The notes: generated by a model not told the origin, from the letters alone. Positions 1 to 9,909 are shown, counted from the first letter of the stretch. The stretch is DNA of 64,000 nucleotides from Vicinamibacteria bacterium (GCA_963668695.2 CAXXLQ010000004.1:2240001-2304000), one strand, 5' to 3'. Numbers and translations are program-made.

Positions 1-234
1 GCGGCGTGCCCAGAAGTGCTCCTTGAAGCGGTCCCGCTCGCCGCGCGGGAGCGACTCGAACGCCTGCTGCTCCTGAGCGGTCATGATCGGCTCGATCTCT
101 TCGAGCCAACGCCGGTCGCCCCGGCTCAGGTTGTCCTGGGCAAGGGCGGGGAGGACGAGCGCGAGTATCGCAATCGCGGCGGAACCTGCCGTAACGAGGG
201 AAAGGCGGGGGGCAACCCGCGTCTGCTCAGGCAT
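1..234 (-). CDS. GWxTD-domain secreted protein, 5' part (runs off window)
   Basis: Manual translation MPEQTRVAPRLSLVTAGSAAIAILALVLPALAQDNLSRGDRRWLEEIEPIMTAQEQQAFESLPRGERDRFKEHFWARR: signal peptide plus the WL.E...I.T..E...F......R..F...FW.RR pattern; AGGAGG RBS. Not in the ORF track. Confidence 0.75.
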   Translation of the reverse strand, partial: MPEQTRVAPRLSLVTAGSAAIAILALVLPALAQDNLSRGDRRWLEEIEPIMTAQEQQAFESLPRGERDRFKEHFWARR

Positions 235-375
235 GAGGCCTCCTGATGCTGGAGCGCCCACCAGGCCGAGGATCCACCCCGGACCGGACGCGCAAAAGCC
301 GTGGAATTTCCGTGAAAGAATACGTCCGCAGAGGGTTCCCTGCAAGCCTCGAAAGCCACGCTATACTCGATTTCG

Positions 376-1611
376 ATGTCGTCTTCAATACCCCTGTCAC
401 CGCGCTGGTTTGGCTTGGCCGCTGGCGGGCTCCTGCTCACCGGGCTGGTGCTCGGACCCCTGGGCTGCGGAACGGTGCCCAAGCGCACCTGGACGGTGGA
501 AGAGATCCGGGCGGACCTGAATCACCGGATCACTCCCGACGTGCTGGCCCAGGTCGAGATTCCCTTCGAGATCGACGACGAAATCCGTGAACTCGCAGTT
601 CGGGTCACCGAGAACCTCCGGGGCGACAAGGAAAAGATGCGGGCCATCGTCCGGGCGATTCGGCAGCACACCGGCGGGACCATTTCCTACGACTGGCTTT
701 CCAACAAGACGGCGAAGAGCGTCTTCGAGGAAGGACGCGGTAACTGTCTGGCGTACACGAACCTCTTCGTCGGGATGTCCCGGGCGGTGGGGGTGGATGC
801 CGTTTATGTGGATGTCACCACCATCGAGAAGGTCACCAGGGAAGCCGAGGTCATCGTCAACAGTGGTCACATCACCGGCGGCATCAAGGACGGGCCCGAC
901 CTGATCTTCGTGGACTTCACCGCGAACCCCGAGCGCGAATACGCGGGGGCGAAGATCATCGATGACTTCGAGGCCATTTCGAACTTCTACAACAACCAGG
1001 GCTTCCTCTACGGCTATTTCGCCGAAGCGCTGGTGGACCAGGGAGGCTTCGACCCCATGGCCCGGGAAATCGAGATGTATGAGTTGGCGCTCTCGATACG
1101 GCCCAACTTCAACCGTGCCCGGAACAACCTCGGGGTCGCTTACAAGCGGCGCGGCCGGGTCGACGCTGCGATCGAGCAGTATCAATTGGCCCTCGACATC
1201 GAACCGGACTTCACCGAAGCCCGCGCCAACCTGGCGAGCGCCTACTACTCTCAGGGGCACATCGAAAAGGCGGTCCAGGAGTTCCAGCTTGCGGCGCGGA
1301 CCGACGGACGCAACGCGTACGTGGTGTATCACCTCGGGGTCCTGCACTACCACCAGGGCAAATACCGTCAGGCGGCCGACTATTTCCGTAAGGCGATTTC
1401 GCGGGACCGCCAGATGGCCGACGCCCGGTTCTTCCTCGGCGAGACGCTCATGAAACTCGGCGACGAGGACAAGGCCATGCGCGAATACGAGCGGGCGATC
1501 GAGATCGATCCGAACTACATCTCGGCGCGCGCCAAGCTCGATCTGCTGCGGGACGCGCAGCGGGCGCGTTCCCGAAGTGGGAAATCCGGGCCCGACGCTC
1601 CTCACCGCTGA
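376..1611 (+). CDS. Lipoprotein with transglutaminase-like domain and C-terminal TPR repeats
   Basis: Lipobox PLGC; GNCLAYT Cys motif with downstream H and D; several TPR repeats (ARNNLGVAY, ARANLASAY, YHLGVLHY). Confidence 0.8.
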   Translation: MSSSIPLSPRWFGLAAGGLLLTGLVLGPLGCGTVPKRTWTVEEIRADLNHRITPDVLAQVEIPFEIDDEIRELAVRVTENLRGDKEKMRAIVRAIRQHTGGTISYDWLSNKTAKSVFEEGRGNCLAYTNLFVGMSRAVGVDAVYVDVTTIEKVTREAEVIVNSGHITGGIKDGPDLIFVDFTANPEREYAGAKIIDDFEAISNFYNNQGFLYGYFAEALVDQGGFDPMAREIEMYELALSIRPNFNRARNNLGVAYKRRGRVDAAIEQYQLALDIEPDFTEARANLASAYYSQGHIEKAVQEFQLAARTDGRNAYVVYHLGVLHYHQGKYRQAADYFRKAISRDRQMADARFFLGETLMKLGDEDKAMREYERAIEIDPNYISARAKLDLLRDAQRARSRSGKSGPDAPHR

Positions 1612-1635
1612 CGGCGCCCCGCACACCCCTTTTCC

Positions 1636-3411
1636 TTGCGCGTCGAAGGAAACACGGCGGGGCTCAAGTCCCGCGACCGGAAGGTATTGGAGCGCCTCAG
1701 CCGGCGGAGTTTGCCGCCGGCCGCGCTTCTGACCCGGGAGTTTGCCCGGCAGCTCGCGGGGATCTCCCACACGATTCGGCGTCAGGTGGGAGCTCTCGTG
1801 GACCGGCGCGGCACGATCACCTGGGTAGGAGTGGGGGACGCCCGCCGCATCGAACTGCCGGACCTGAAACGGCAGCGCGCGGCGGGCCGGCGGTTGCGGG
1901 GGTTGCGGTTTGTCCATACCCATCTGGCGGGAGAACCGCTGACGCGTGATGACCTCGCGGACCTCGTCCTCCTCCGGTTGGATCTGATGGCGGCCGTCAC
2001 GGTCGGCGAGGACGGACTGCCCGGCGTCGTCCATGTCGCCCACCTGAAGCCTCCCGGACGTCAAGGGAACGCCGCCAGCCCTCCCGGTGGGGGCCTTCAG
2101 ACCGGCACCGCCGCCCGGGGGGCGGCGAAAGCGAAAGAAGAAGATGAAACACCGTGGGAACTGCTGCCGCCCGTCGCCCCGAGTCAGTTGGACCTCGACT
2201 GCACCTCGCTCCTCGCCGACCTGGAGCGGGCCTTCGCGCGATTTGCGCCGGAGCGCCCGGGTCGGAAGTTCTCGGGACGCGCGATTCTGGTCGGGGTGGG
2301 GGAGAGATCGCTCCCGCTCGAGAACGTGATGGAGGAACTGGGTGAACTGGCCCGGGATGCGGGTCTCGAAGTTGTCGACTCTCTCGTGCAGCGCCGGCCT
2401 CGCCTCGACCCCCGTACCCTGGTCGGTCGAGGCAAGCTCGAAGCGCTCGTGATCCGGGCTCTCGACCGGGGCGCCGACCTGATCCTGTTCGCGTGCGACC
2501 TGAGTCCCTCTCAGACGCGCAACATTTCCCAGGCCACCGATCTCAAGGTCCTCGACCGCACCCAGTTGATCCTGGACATCTTTGCGCGGCGCGCGACGAG
2601 CCGGGAGGGGAAGCTGCAGGTCGAACTCGCCCAACTGCGTTACCGATTGCCGCGGCTGGTCCAGCGGGATACGTCGCTGTCTCGTCTGGCTGGCGGCATC
2701 GGGGGCCGGGGTCCGGGCGAGACCCGCCTCGAGGTGGACCGGCGGCGCACGCGCGAGAGGATCGCCCGCCTGCAGCGCGATCTGGCCCAGGTCGCGGTGA
2801 CGCGCGACGTGCGCCGGAAGCGGCGCGATGTCCGCGGCCTTCCGGTGGTCTCCCTGGTCGGTTACACGAACGCCGGGAAATCAACGCTGCTCAATCGGTT
2901 GACCCGAAGTCATGTGGCTGCCGGCAATCGGATGTTCGAGACCCTCGATCCCACGAACCGGCGGCTCCGGGTGCCCGTGGAGCGGGAAGTGCTGCTCGCT
3001 GACACGGTTGGCTTCATCCACGACCTGCCCGAAGACCTCATCGAGTCGTTTCGCGGCACGCTCGAAGAAATCTCGGCGGCATCCCTGCTGCTGCAGGTGG
3101 TTGATGCCTCGAGTTCCCGCCTCGACTCTCGCGCTGCTGCCGTCGAGAGCCTGCTCGGCGATCTTGGATTCCTCGAGATGCCCCGGATCGTACTGTTCAA
3201 CAAGGTGGACCGGCTCGATGAGGCGGCCCGGGCGGCTCTCCCGCACCGTCTCGCGGGGGCGGAAACCTGGCACGTTTCCGGGACTACCGGCGAGGGGCTT
3301 CAGGAGCTGGTCGGCGAGATCGCACGGCTCATTCCGATGAAGCCGGCGGGTATTGCCCCGGCGTTTCCGCCTCGAACGGTTCCGGAGAGGAATCCGCTAC
3401 TCCTTCGCTAA
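1636..3411 (+). CDS. hflX: GTPase HflX
   Basis: GYTNAGKS, FETLDPT, DTVGFI, NKVD; DRTQLILDIFARRA and GKLQVELAQL motifs. Confidence 0.95.
   Translation: MRVEGNTAGLKSRDRKVLERLSRRSLPPAALLTREFARQLAGISHTIRRQVGALVDRRGTITWVGVGDARRIELPDLKRQRAAGRRLRGLRFVHTHLAGEPLTRDDLADLVLLRLDLMAAVTVGEDGLPGVVHVAHLKPPGRQGNAASPPGGGLQTGTAARGAAKAKEEDETPWELLPPVAPSQLDLDCTSLLADLERAFARFAPERPGRKFSGRAILVGVGERSLPLENVMEELGELARDAGLEVVDSLVQRRPRLDPRTLVGRGKLEALVIRALDRGADLILFACDLSPSQTRNISQATDLKVLDRTQLILDIFARRATSREGKLQVELAQLRYRLPRLVQRDTSLSRLAGGIGGRGPGETRLEVDRRRTRERIARLQRDLAQVAVTRDVRRKRRDVRGLPVVSLVGYTNAGKSTLLNRLTRSHVAAGNRMFETLDPTNRRLRVPVEREVLLADTVGFIHDLPEDLIESFRGTLEEISAASLLLQVVDASSSRLDSRAAAVESLLGDLGFLEMPRIVLFNKVDRLDEAARAALPHRLAGAETWHVSGTTGEGLQELVGEIARLIPMKPAGIAPAFPPRTVPERNPLLLR
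2065..2133 (+). repeat. REP-derived sequence carrying an 18-bp module, in frame inside hflX
   Basis: Matches 5235-5285 (gggaacgccg/gtcttcagaccggcaccgcggcccggagggccgcgaaaccg) except for ccagccctcccggtgggg at 2075-2092. Confidence 0.8.
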
Positions 3412-3594
3412 CAGCCTGTGGTGGAACCCGGGTGAGCGCCGAGGCCGGTGAGGCGCCCGGCTGACAAGGCGCGTGAGGGAGGAATACCTAGTGTATTTCG
3501 ACCGAAACGCAACGATGAGCGGCGCGAAGCGACGCGGTTCAGCCGGGATGGATCGCCGGCCGAACGCCGCCTGGGTTTCACCACAGGCTGTTAA
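3408..3594. mobile_element. MITE-like element family A, copy 1
   Basis: Terminal inverted repeats CAGCCTGTGGTGGAACCC / GGGTTTCACCACAGGCTG flanked by CTAA and TTAA; core shared with 11 other loci. Confidence 0.85.
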
Positions 3595-4561
3595 GGCCGC
3601 CTGCCTCCCGGGAGAGGCGAATCAGGCTCTCGTAGCGGGCCGGGTCGGCCTTTCCGGCGGTGACCGCCGCCCGGACCGCGCAATCGGGTTCGGTCCGATG
3701 GGAACAGTCGGGGAAGCGGCAGTCGTCGGCGTAGGGGGCCAGATCGGGATGGGCGGTCCGGATGCGCGTCGCTGTCAGCCCGTCGAGGCCGAGCGCGCGG
3801 ATGCCCGGGGTGTCCACCAGCTCGCCTCCACCCGGAAGCGGGATCAGTTCGGCTGCCGTCGTGGTGTGGCGGCCCCTACCTCTGCGATCGAGTCCGCCGC
3901 TCCGCCGGCCGGGCACCCCGAGCGCCGCGAGCAGTTCGGTTTTCCCGACTCCCGAGTGGCCGAAGAGCACAGCCCGGCCGCGCGCCACACCGCTCCGGAA
4001 GGCCTCGATCCCCTCTCCGCTGCGCGTGCTCGTCCGATGGACTTCGAGTTCCAGCCGGCGATAGGGAACGAGATCGTGGGCAAGTCTGACGATTTCGTGT
4101 TCGCCTGCGAGATCGAGCTTGTTGAAGACGAGGACCGGGGTGACGCCCGCATCGAACGCGACCACCAGGGACCGGTCGAGGAAACCCGTCCGGTACGGCG
4201 GTTCCAAAAAAGCCGAGACGATGTAGCAGCGATCGAGATTGGCCGCGAACACGTGCATTTCCCGGCGTTCGGGTGGTCCGACAGCTCGGCGGAGCGCGTT
4301 GTGCCGGGGACGCACCGCGGTGATGCGCCCACTGGAGGTTCCCGTTCGGGAGGCGTGCGGTCGGCCCGGTTCGATCTCCTCGACGAGGACTTCATCCCCC
4401 ACCACGGCGGCGGCCCCGTCCGGGCGGGTATCTCCCCGGCTGAAGAGGCGCCCCCCGAGGGAGCAGCGCCAAAGGGATTCCGGCTCGCCGTGCGCGCCGG
4501 GCGGGAGCCGGACCATCGCTCCCTTTCGGCTCACCCGGATCACGGTCCCGGAGCGCTCCAT
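3578..4561 (-). CDS. rsgA: Ribosome small subunit-dependent GTPase A
   Basis: Circularly permuted GTPase: NKLD, GHSGVGKT, GRHTTT, DTPG; Zn motif CRFPDCSHRTEPDC. Confidence 0.93.
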   Translation of the reverse strand: MERSGTVIRVSRKGAMVRLPPGAHGEPESLWRCSLGGRLFSRGDTRPDGAAAVVGDEVLVEEIEPGRPHASRTGTSSGRITAVRPRHNALRRAVGPPERREMHVFAANLDRCYIVSAFLEPPYRTGFLDRSLVVAFDAGVTPVLVFNKLDLAGEHEIVRLAHDLVPYRRLELEVHRTSTRSGEGIEAFRSGVARGRAVLFGHSGVGKTELLAALGVPGRRSGGLDRRGRGRHTTTAAELIPLPGGGELVDTPGIRALGLDGLTATRIRTAHPDLAPYADDCRFPDCSHRTEPDCAVRAAVTAGKADPARYESLIRLSREAGGLNSLW

Positions 4562-4574
4562 CGGTAGGATGCTA

Positions 4575-6110
4575 ACTTCCGTCGAGCGGTCCGGAAGGGG
4601 GGCGCCTGTTCTGTTTGAGGGTTCGTGGCGGAGCTTGATTGGAGCTGCGCCCCCTTCGTGTCGAGCGGTCCGGGAGGGGGGCGTCCGTTCCGTTGGGGGT
4701 TCGTGGCGGAGCTTGATTGCAGCTGCGCCCCCCTCCCGAACCGCCCGGCGCTTCGCGCCGGGTTTCCGGAGTGCGGCGAGAGCCGCACGGAGACCCCGGA
4801 GCAGGAGGGGTTGGGGTCGGGGGACCCGACTCCCAGCCGCTCCTGGCTCGGGAATCGCAACTCCCTCGTGCGCCGGAGGCGCACTTCGGCGAGTTCCGAT
4901 TCGTAGTTGCGTTTTTGTGAACGGGGGGCGGTAGCCCCCCTTTCACGCTTTCCCCCCGGTCAGGCGGGCAGCGAACGGAGTTCGCTGCCATTGTTTTTGC
5001 TCGTTCAGGGCATCGACATCGACTGTGTGTCAATGGGCTTCGAAAATGTCCCACTTTCTTGGAGTGATTGTGTGCCGACGGAGGGGAGGGTTGACGGGAT
5101 CCGGAGGGGTTTCGGCCGGATAGGCGGCGGGGGATGAGTTCGGGGATGGGCGCGTCGGGCGCGGACGGAGTTCGCTGCCGTTGTTTTTTGCGCGCTCGCC
5201 TAAGCGCCGCCAACAGCAGATGGCGCGCAGGCCCGGGAACGCCGGTCTTCAGACCGGCACCGCGGCCCGGAGGGCCGCGAAACCGCGTGTAGCCGTTCCT
5301 CCGGATGGCGCGCTGACCCCGGAACGCCCGGCGCTCCGCGCCGCGCTTCCGGAGTGCGGCGAGAGTCGCACGGAGACCCCGGAGCAGGAGGGGTTGGGGT
5401 CGGGGAACCCGACTCCTGGCCGCTCCGTAGCTCGGGCTTCCGAAGTGGGGCGCGAGCCGCACGGAGACCCCGGAGCAGGAGGGGTTGGGGTCGGGGAACC
5501 CGACTCCTGGCCGCTCCTGGCTCGGGAATCGAAACTTCCTTGCGCGCCTCCGGCGCGCGGTGGCGAGTTCCGATTGGTCGTTTCCTTCTTGTGAAAGGGG
5601 GGCGATGGCCCCCCTTTCGCACCTTCCCCCCTCGTGTCGAGCGGTCCGGAACCGGGGCCCATAGACGGGATCGGTGGACTGGTGCCTTCTGAGCTGGAAC
5701 GAGGGGCCCCGTTCCCGAACCGCCCGGCGCTTCGCGCCGGCAATCGCAACTCCCTTGCGCGCCTCCGGCGCGCGGTGGCGAGTTCCGATTGGTCGTTGTC
5801 AATTTGTGAACGGGGGGCAGTGGCCCCCCTTTCACACTTTCCCCCCTCGTGTCGAGCGGTCCGGAACCGGGGCCCATAGACGGGATCGGTGGACTGGTGC
5901 CTTCTGAGCTGGAACGAGGGGCCCCGTTCCCGAACCGCCCGGCGCTTCGCGCCGGCAATCGCAACTCCCTTGCGCGCCTCCGGCGCGCGGTGGCGAGTTC
6001 CGATTGGTCGTTGTCAATTTGTGAACGGGGGGCAGTGGCCCCCCTTTCACACTTTCCCCCCGGTCATGCGGGCAGCGAACCGGAGGTTCGCTGCCGTCAG
6101 TTTCTTGCTT
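4575..6110. repeat. Mosaic array of hairpin-rich repeat modules including a 215-bp tandem duplication
   Basis: gtcgagcggtccgg at 4581, 4660, 5636 and 5851; cggagaccccggagcaggaggggttggggtcgggga x3; gtgaacggggggc..gcccccctttc hairpin x4; 5634 and 5849 start near-identical 215-bp units. Confidence 0.85.
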
Positions 6111-6355
6111 GCTCCGCGCCGCGCCGCGCACGGCGTGGACGCCGAGTGGCGTTATGGCTCACGTCTCGGCAATGACTCCATCGGGCATAGTGGCGTGCAG
6201 CCACCGGAACCCCGAACTCCGCCCGTTCTTCCCGTCCGTCCGGCCATTTATGGGCGCCGCGTGGCAGCCAGGTAAGTTCAAGTGGTCACTGCTGCTTTCG
6301 CTGCTCCGTGCGGGCAGTTGCGGCTGGTCGGTAGACCGTTCTTCGGAGTCCGCGT

Positions 6356-6991
6356 TTGGATTCTCGTACGTGCTACCTTTCCAAAGTTGTGCCAGAAGCG
6401 TCGGGGAATCTTGTATCCGTATCCACGATAACGGCCCTGCCCGCCGTACGCCGAGGGGTCTTGGCCGTGTTGCTCCTCGTTGCGGGTGGGCTTGAAGCAT
6501 CAACCGTCCGGCATCTGCCAATCGACCAGATGGCCCGCCGGGCCGACCAGATCTTCACGGGTGAGGTCGTAGGAATCACGAGTCAGATGAATGCCCGGCG
6601 CACCGGCATCCACACCTTCGTCACCGTTGCCGTCGACGAGTATCTGAAGGGGGGGCGCCGCGATTTGCTGACGCTGAGGATCCTGGGCGGAGAGGCCGAG
6701 GGTTACCGGCTGGTAGTGCCGGGATCCCCGGTATTCCGTCTTGGCGAGGAGGTCCTCGTCTTCAGCGACGGCGGCGCCGGCCGGATCCCGACGGTGCTGG
6801 GGATGGCGGCCGGGAAATTCACGATGGAGCGCGACCCGGCGACCGGAGAACAGCTCCTCGCGCGGTCCCTCGCCGGCCTGACGCTCAAGGATCCCGGCGG
6901 AGTTCCGGTGGACGCCCGTGCGGCCCGATCCGAGGGGCCTGCCTCGCTCGACGACGTGCGGCGCATCGTGCGTGACGCCTTGGCCCAGTGA
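6356..6991 (+). CDS. Secreted hypothetical protein resembling the N-terminal domain of matrixin-associated proteins (start uncertain)
   Basis: Hydrophobic signal then ADQIFTGEVV..IHTFVTVAVDEYLKG..PVFRLGEEVLVF..GMAAGKF; GTGA overlap with the matrixin gene. Confidence 0.65.
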   Translation: MDSRTCYLSKVVPEASGNLVSVSTITALPAVRRGVLAVLLLVAGGLEASTVRHLPIDQMARRADQIFTGEVVGITSQMNARRTGIHTFVTVAVDEYLKGGRRDLLTLRILGGEAEGYRLVVPGSPVFRLGEEVLVFSDGGAGRIPTVLGMAAGKFTMERDPATGEQLLARSLAGLTLKDPGGVPVDARAARSEGPASLDDVRRIVRDALAQ

Positions 6992-7998
6992 CGAAGTCCC
7001 TTTCTGCCGCGCGCCTGCCCCGGTGGCTCACCGGAACGCTGGTTGTCGCACTTGCCGCGTCCGGCGGGATCCCGATTGCTTCCGGATACCAGTTGATCCG
7101 GGGGCCGAGTTTCGTCTGGGCCTCTGGCCTGCGTCCGGTGGGGTACTGGGTGGCCAACGTGCCCGACAACTGGATGACCGTGGACGAGGTGGTGGCCGAG
7201 ACGAGGGCCGCATTCGACACCTGGGCTGCCCCCGAAGAGGTCGGTTTCTCGTTTTCCTACCGTGGCAAGACCAACCAGCGCCCCTTCGAGTTCTTCGACA
7301 GGACGAACACGGTCGGCTTCACGACCCGGGAACACATGGCCGAGCTGGGTCTCTCCGACATCACGCTGTCCGTGACGAGCTGGCTCACTGTCATCGAGAC
7401 GGGTGCCATCGCCGAGTCCGACATCATCGTGAACCCGGCCTACAACTGGACGGATACGCCGGAACGCGGAGGTTGGGACTACCAATCCACGATGGTTCAC
7501 GAAGCTGGCCACTTCCTGGGGCTGGGCCATTCCGGCGTCGGGCGCCGATCCGAAGGCGCGTTGCTCACCGGCTCGTCCGTAATGTGGCCGTACGGTTTCG
7601 GAAGCGGCACCTCGCTTGGGCGAACCCTCACTGCCGATGACATCACCGGGGCGTCGCTCCTTTATCCCGGTTTGGCCGCGAAGACCGGAAGTATTCGGGG
7701 TGTAATCCGCCGCCCTTCGGGAGAGGCCGTCCGCTACGCCCACGTCGTCGCTTACGAGCCCCTGCTCGACCACACGGTGGGCGGTTGGGGCGACGAAGCG
7801 GGGAACTACGAAATCGCCGGCCTGCCGAACGGGAACTACGTGCTGCGAGCGAACCCGATACCCGTAAGTCACGGCGCCCGCGCCTACTTCTTCCCTTTCG
7901 GCGCCGCCGATCACGATTTCAGCGTCACCGTCCATCCGCATCTGGTGAGGGTTGCCGACGGGACGGCCACCGAGATCAACCTCGAGGTCGGTCAGTGA
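6988..7998 (+). CDS. Matrixin-family (M10-like) metalloprotease with C-terminal carboxypeptidase-regulatory-like domain
   Basis: HEAGHFLGLGH zinc motif, SVMWP Met-turn, LTADDITG, GNYEIAGLPNGNY. Confidence 0.85.
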   Translation: MTKSLSAARLPRWLTGTLVVALAASGGIPIASGYQLIRGPSFVWASGLRPVGYWVANVPDNWMTVDEVVAETRAAFDTWAAPEEVGFSFSYRGKTNQRPFEFFDRTNTVGFTTREHMAELGLSDITLSVTSWLTVIETGAIAESDIIVNPAYNWTDTPERGGWDYQSTMVHEAGHFLGLGHSGVGRRSEGALLTGSSVMWPYGFGSGTSLGRTLTADDITGASLLYPGLAAKTGSIRGVIRRPSGEAVRYAHVVAYEPLLDHTVGGWGDEAGNYEIAGLPNGNYVLRANPIPVSHGARAYFFPFGAADHDFSVTVHPHLVRVADGTATEINLEVGQ

Positions 7999-8813
7999 AT
8001 CTGCGGCGACTGAGGTCTGCCGCGCCATTGGTTGTACTGACGGCGGTCCCATTCGCCGCGTTCCCCTCGGAGAAGAGCGCGGGACGCCACTCCGAAGAGT
8101 CCGTGGCCCATGACCCCGAATCCGGCCGGCTCCGGGACATTCTCCAGAGCCTCCGGGAGGCATCCGAAACAGCTTCCGGCGTCGCCCAGACCGGACCTGC
8201 CCGTCAGGGTCCGGTTTTCTCGCAACCAGGCGACTGGACGCATGCTGAAGCGGCCATCGTGATCGGGAGCCAACTGGTGGACCAGGATCTGGGATTTTCC
8301 AGGAACATTTTTCAGACGGTTTCGGGTGAGGCTTCCGATGTCGGGTTCGGCCAGCACCTTGGCGCCCGCGGCGCCTTCTTCGTGAACCGCTATCTCGGAG
8401 CGGAAGCCGGTTTTACTCGAACGACGACCGAGTTCGAGTTCTCTGTCACGGATGAGGAAGCCGGAGTCATCTTCTTTCGAGAGCCCCTTGAGCAGGTAAG
8501 TCAGGAGGCTTCGGTATCGGCCGTGGCGCAGTGGCCGCGCGCCGCTGTCACTCCCTACGCGGTGGTGGGTTACGCGTGGCGAACCTCGGAGATCGAAGGA
8601 GGGGAGGCCATGGAGTCGGGAGCCGTCGTTTTCGGATTCGGGATCAAGGTGCCCTTCCCGCGGATTCCGGTTTCGCTTGCCTTCGACTACCGATACATCG
8701 AGTACCGGGATGAAGAGGGTGATGTGTTGCGGCTCGCCGAAGGGGGGATGGGAAGCCCCACTGTTTCCGCGCTGACCCTCGGCGTGGTCGTCCGCCTCAA
8801 CGTGAACCGATAG
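7995..8813 (+). CDS. Outer-membrane beta-barrel domain protein
   Basis: Signal peptide, amphipathic strands (VTPYAVVGYAW, VVFGFGIKV, LAFDYRY, LTLGVVVRL); GTG overlaps the upstream stop. Confidence 0.65.
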   Translation: MNLRRLRSAAPLVVLTAVPFAAFPSEKSAGRHSEESVAHDPESGRLRDILQSLREASETASGVAQTGPARQGPVFSQPGDWTHAEAAIVIGSQLVDQDLGFSRNIFQTVSGEASDVGFGQHLGARGAFFVNRYLGAEAGFTRTTTEFEFSVTDEEAGVIFFREPLEQVSQEASVSAVAQWPRAAVTPYAVVGYAWRTSEIEGGEAMESGAVVFGFGIKVPFPRIPVSLAFDYRYIEYRDEEGDVLRLAEGGMGSPTVSALTLGVVVRLNVNR

Positions 8814-8859
8814 CCCGGTCGGATCGGATCGGCTTCGGCCCCGCTGCCGGGAGACGGCG

Positions 8860-9909
8860 TCAGCGGACCGGCGGCGTGTCGGGAAGGCCGCGGGTGAGCA
8901 GTTTGAAGAGGAGCCCCAACGCGAAGTTCGAACGCGCGAAGATGTTGCTGACGACGACGACCGCGCCGACGCTGCGTCGAGACACCTTCACCTCCCGTCC
9001 GGTCGTAAACGCGGGTGTTCGCCGTATTCGCTGCAGGGTGAGGACCGCGATGCCCAGGGGCCACAGACAGGACCGCCGAATCCCGGTTTCCCCGGCAGGA
9101 AGGATCAGGATGTAACGGAGCGCATTGGCGAGATGCCGCCGCGTGATCGCCACCAGTTCCATCAACCCCGCTACGAAGCCGGGGTCCGCTCGCCCGGGAG
9201 AAAGAGAGCGGAGTTCCACTCCGGCCGCACCGAAGACGTCACGCGGCAGCCAGCAGACTCCGCGGCGGTGGTCTTCCCAGATGTCCTTCAGGATGTTGAT
9301 CAGCTGCAGTCCCTGTCCGAAGGACACCGACAGGGCCAGAAGCTCGCGCCGCCGCTTCGCGATCTCGGCGGAGTAGTCGCAGAACAACGCGGTGAGGGTT
9401 TCCCCGACCACGCCGGCGACGTGATAGCAGTAACGCTCCAGTTGGGCAACGTCCCGCAGCCCCTCGGCGGTGGCGCTCCGCTGAAACTCCACCATGCCGA
9501 GCGTCATGATGCGGACACAGCGCTGGATTGCCGACTGCTGTGGCGCGCTGAACCGGGCGGTGACCCTCAGGACTCGCGGGGTATTGGCCACCAGGTCCCG
9601 CTCGCTCTCGGTGGTGGCCGAAGAAAGCAGCGCCCCCAGCTCGTCGGCAAAGACGGTCGGGTCGCCCTCCCCGGCCACCAGTTCGACGTAGCGGTTCGAG
9701 AAGGCCGCCTTTTGGTCCGGAGAGAGGGCGGGCTCGTCCTCGATGGTGTCGGCGATCCGGCAGAGGAGGTACAGGTTGCCCACGGCGTCGTACAGCTTTC
9801 CCGGTAGCGCCTTGATGGTGAATGCGAAGCTGCGCGCGACCCCATCCAGACTTCGCTGCTGGTAGGCGAGATCGCGGTCTTCCGGACGCGGCGCAGAGTG
9901 CAGGGTCAT
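8860..9909 (-). CDS. Squalene/phytoene synthase family protein
   Basis: [45 protein letters not shown]. Confidence 0.9.
   Translation of the reverse strand: MTLHSAPRPEDRDLAYQQRSLDGVARSFAFTIKALPGKLYDAVGNLYLLCRIADTIEDEPALSPDQKAAFSNRYVELVAGEGDPTVFADELGALLSSATTESERDLVANTPRVLRVTARFSAPQQSAIQRCVRIMTLGMVEFQRSATAEGLRDVAQLERYCYHVAGVVGETLTALFCDYSAEIAKRRRELLALSVSFGQGLQLINILKDIWEDHRRGVCWLPRDVFGAAGVELRSLSPGRADPGFVAGLMELVAITRRHLANALRYILILPAGETGIRRSCLWPLGIAVLTLQRIRRTPAFTTGREVKVSRRSVGAVVVVSNIFARSNFALGLLFKLLTRGLPDTPPVR

Noticed and set aside
397-2634. Long antisense or alternative-frame ORFs (also 6703-8163, 10616-11989, 19006-20985, 49504-50967)
   Set aside because: Shadow ORFs expected in high-GC DNA overlapping well-supported genes; no recognisable motifs.
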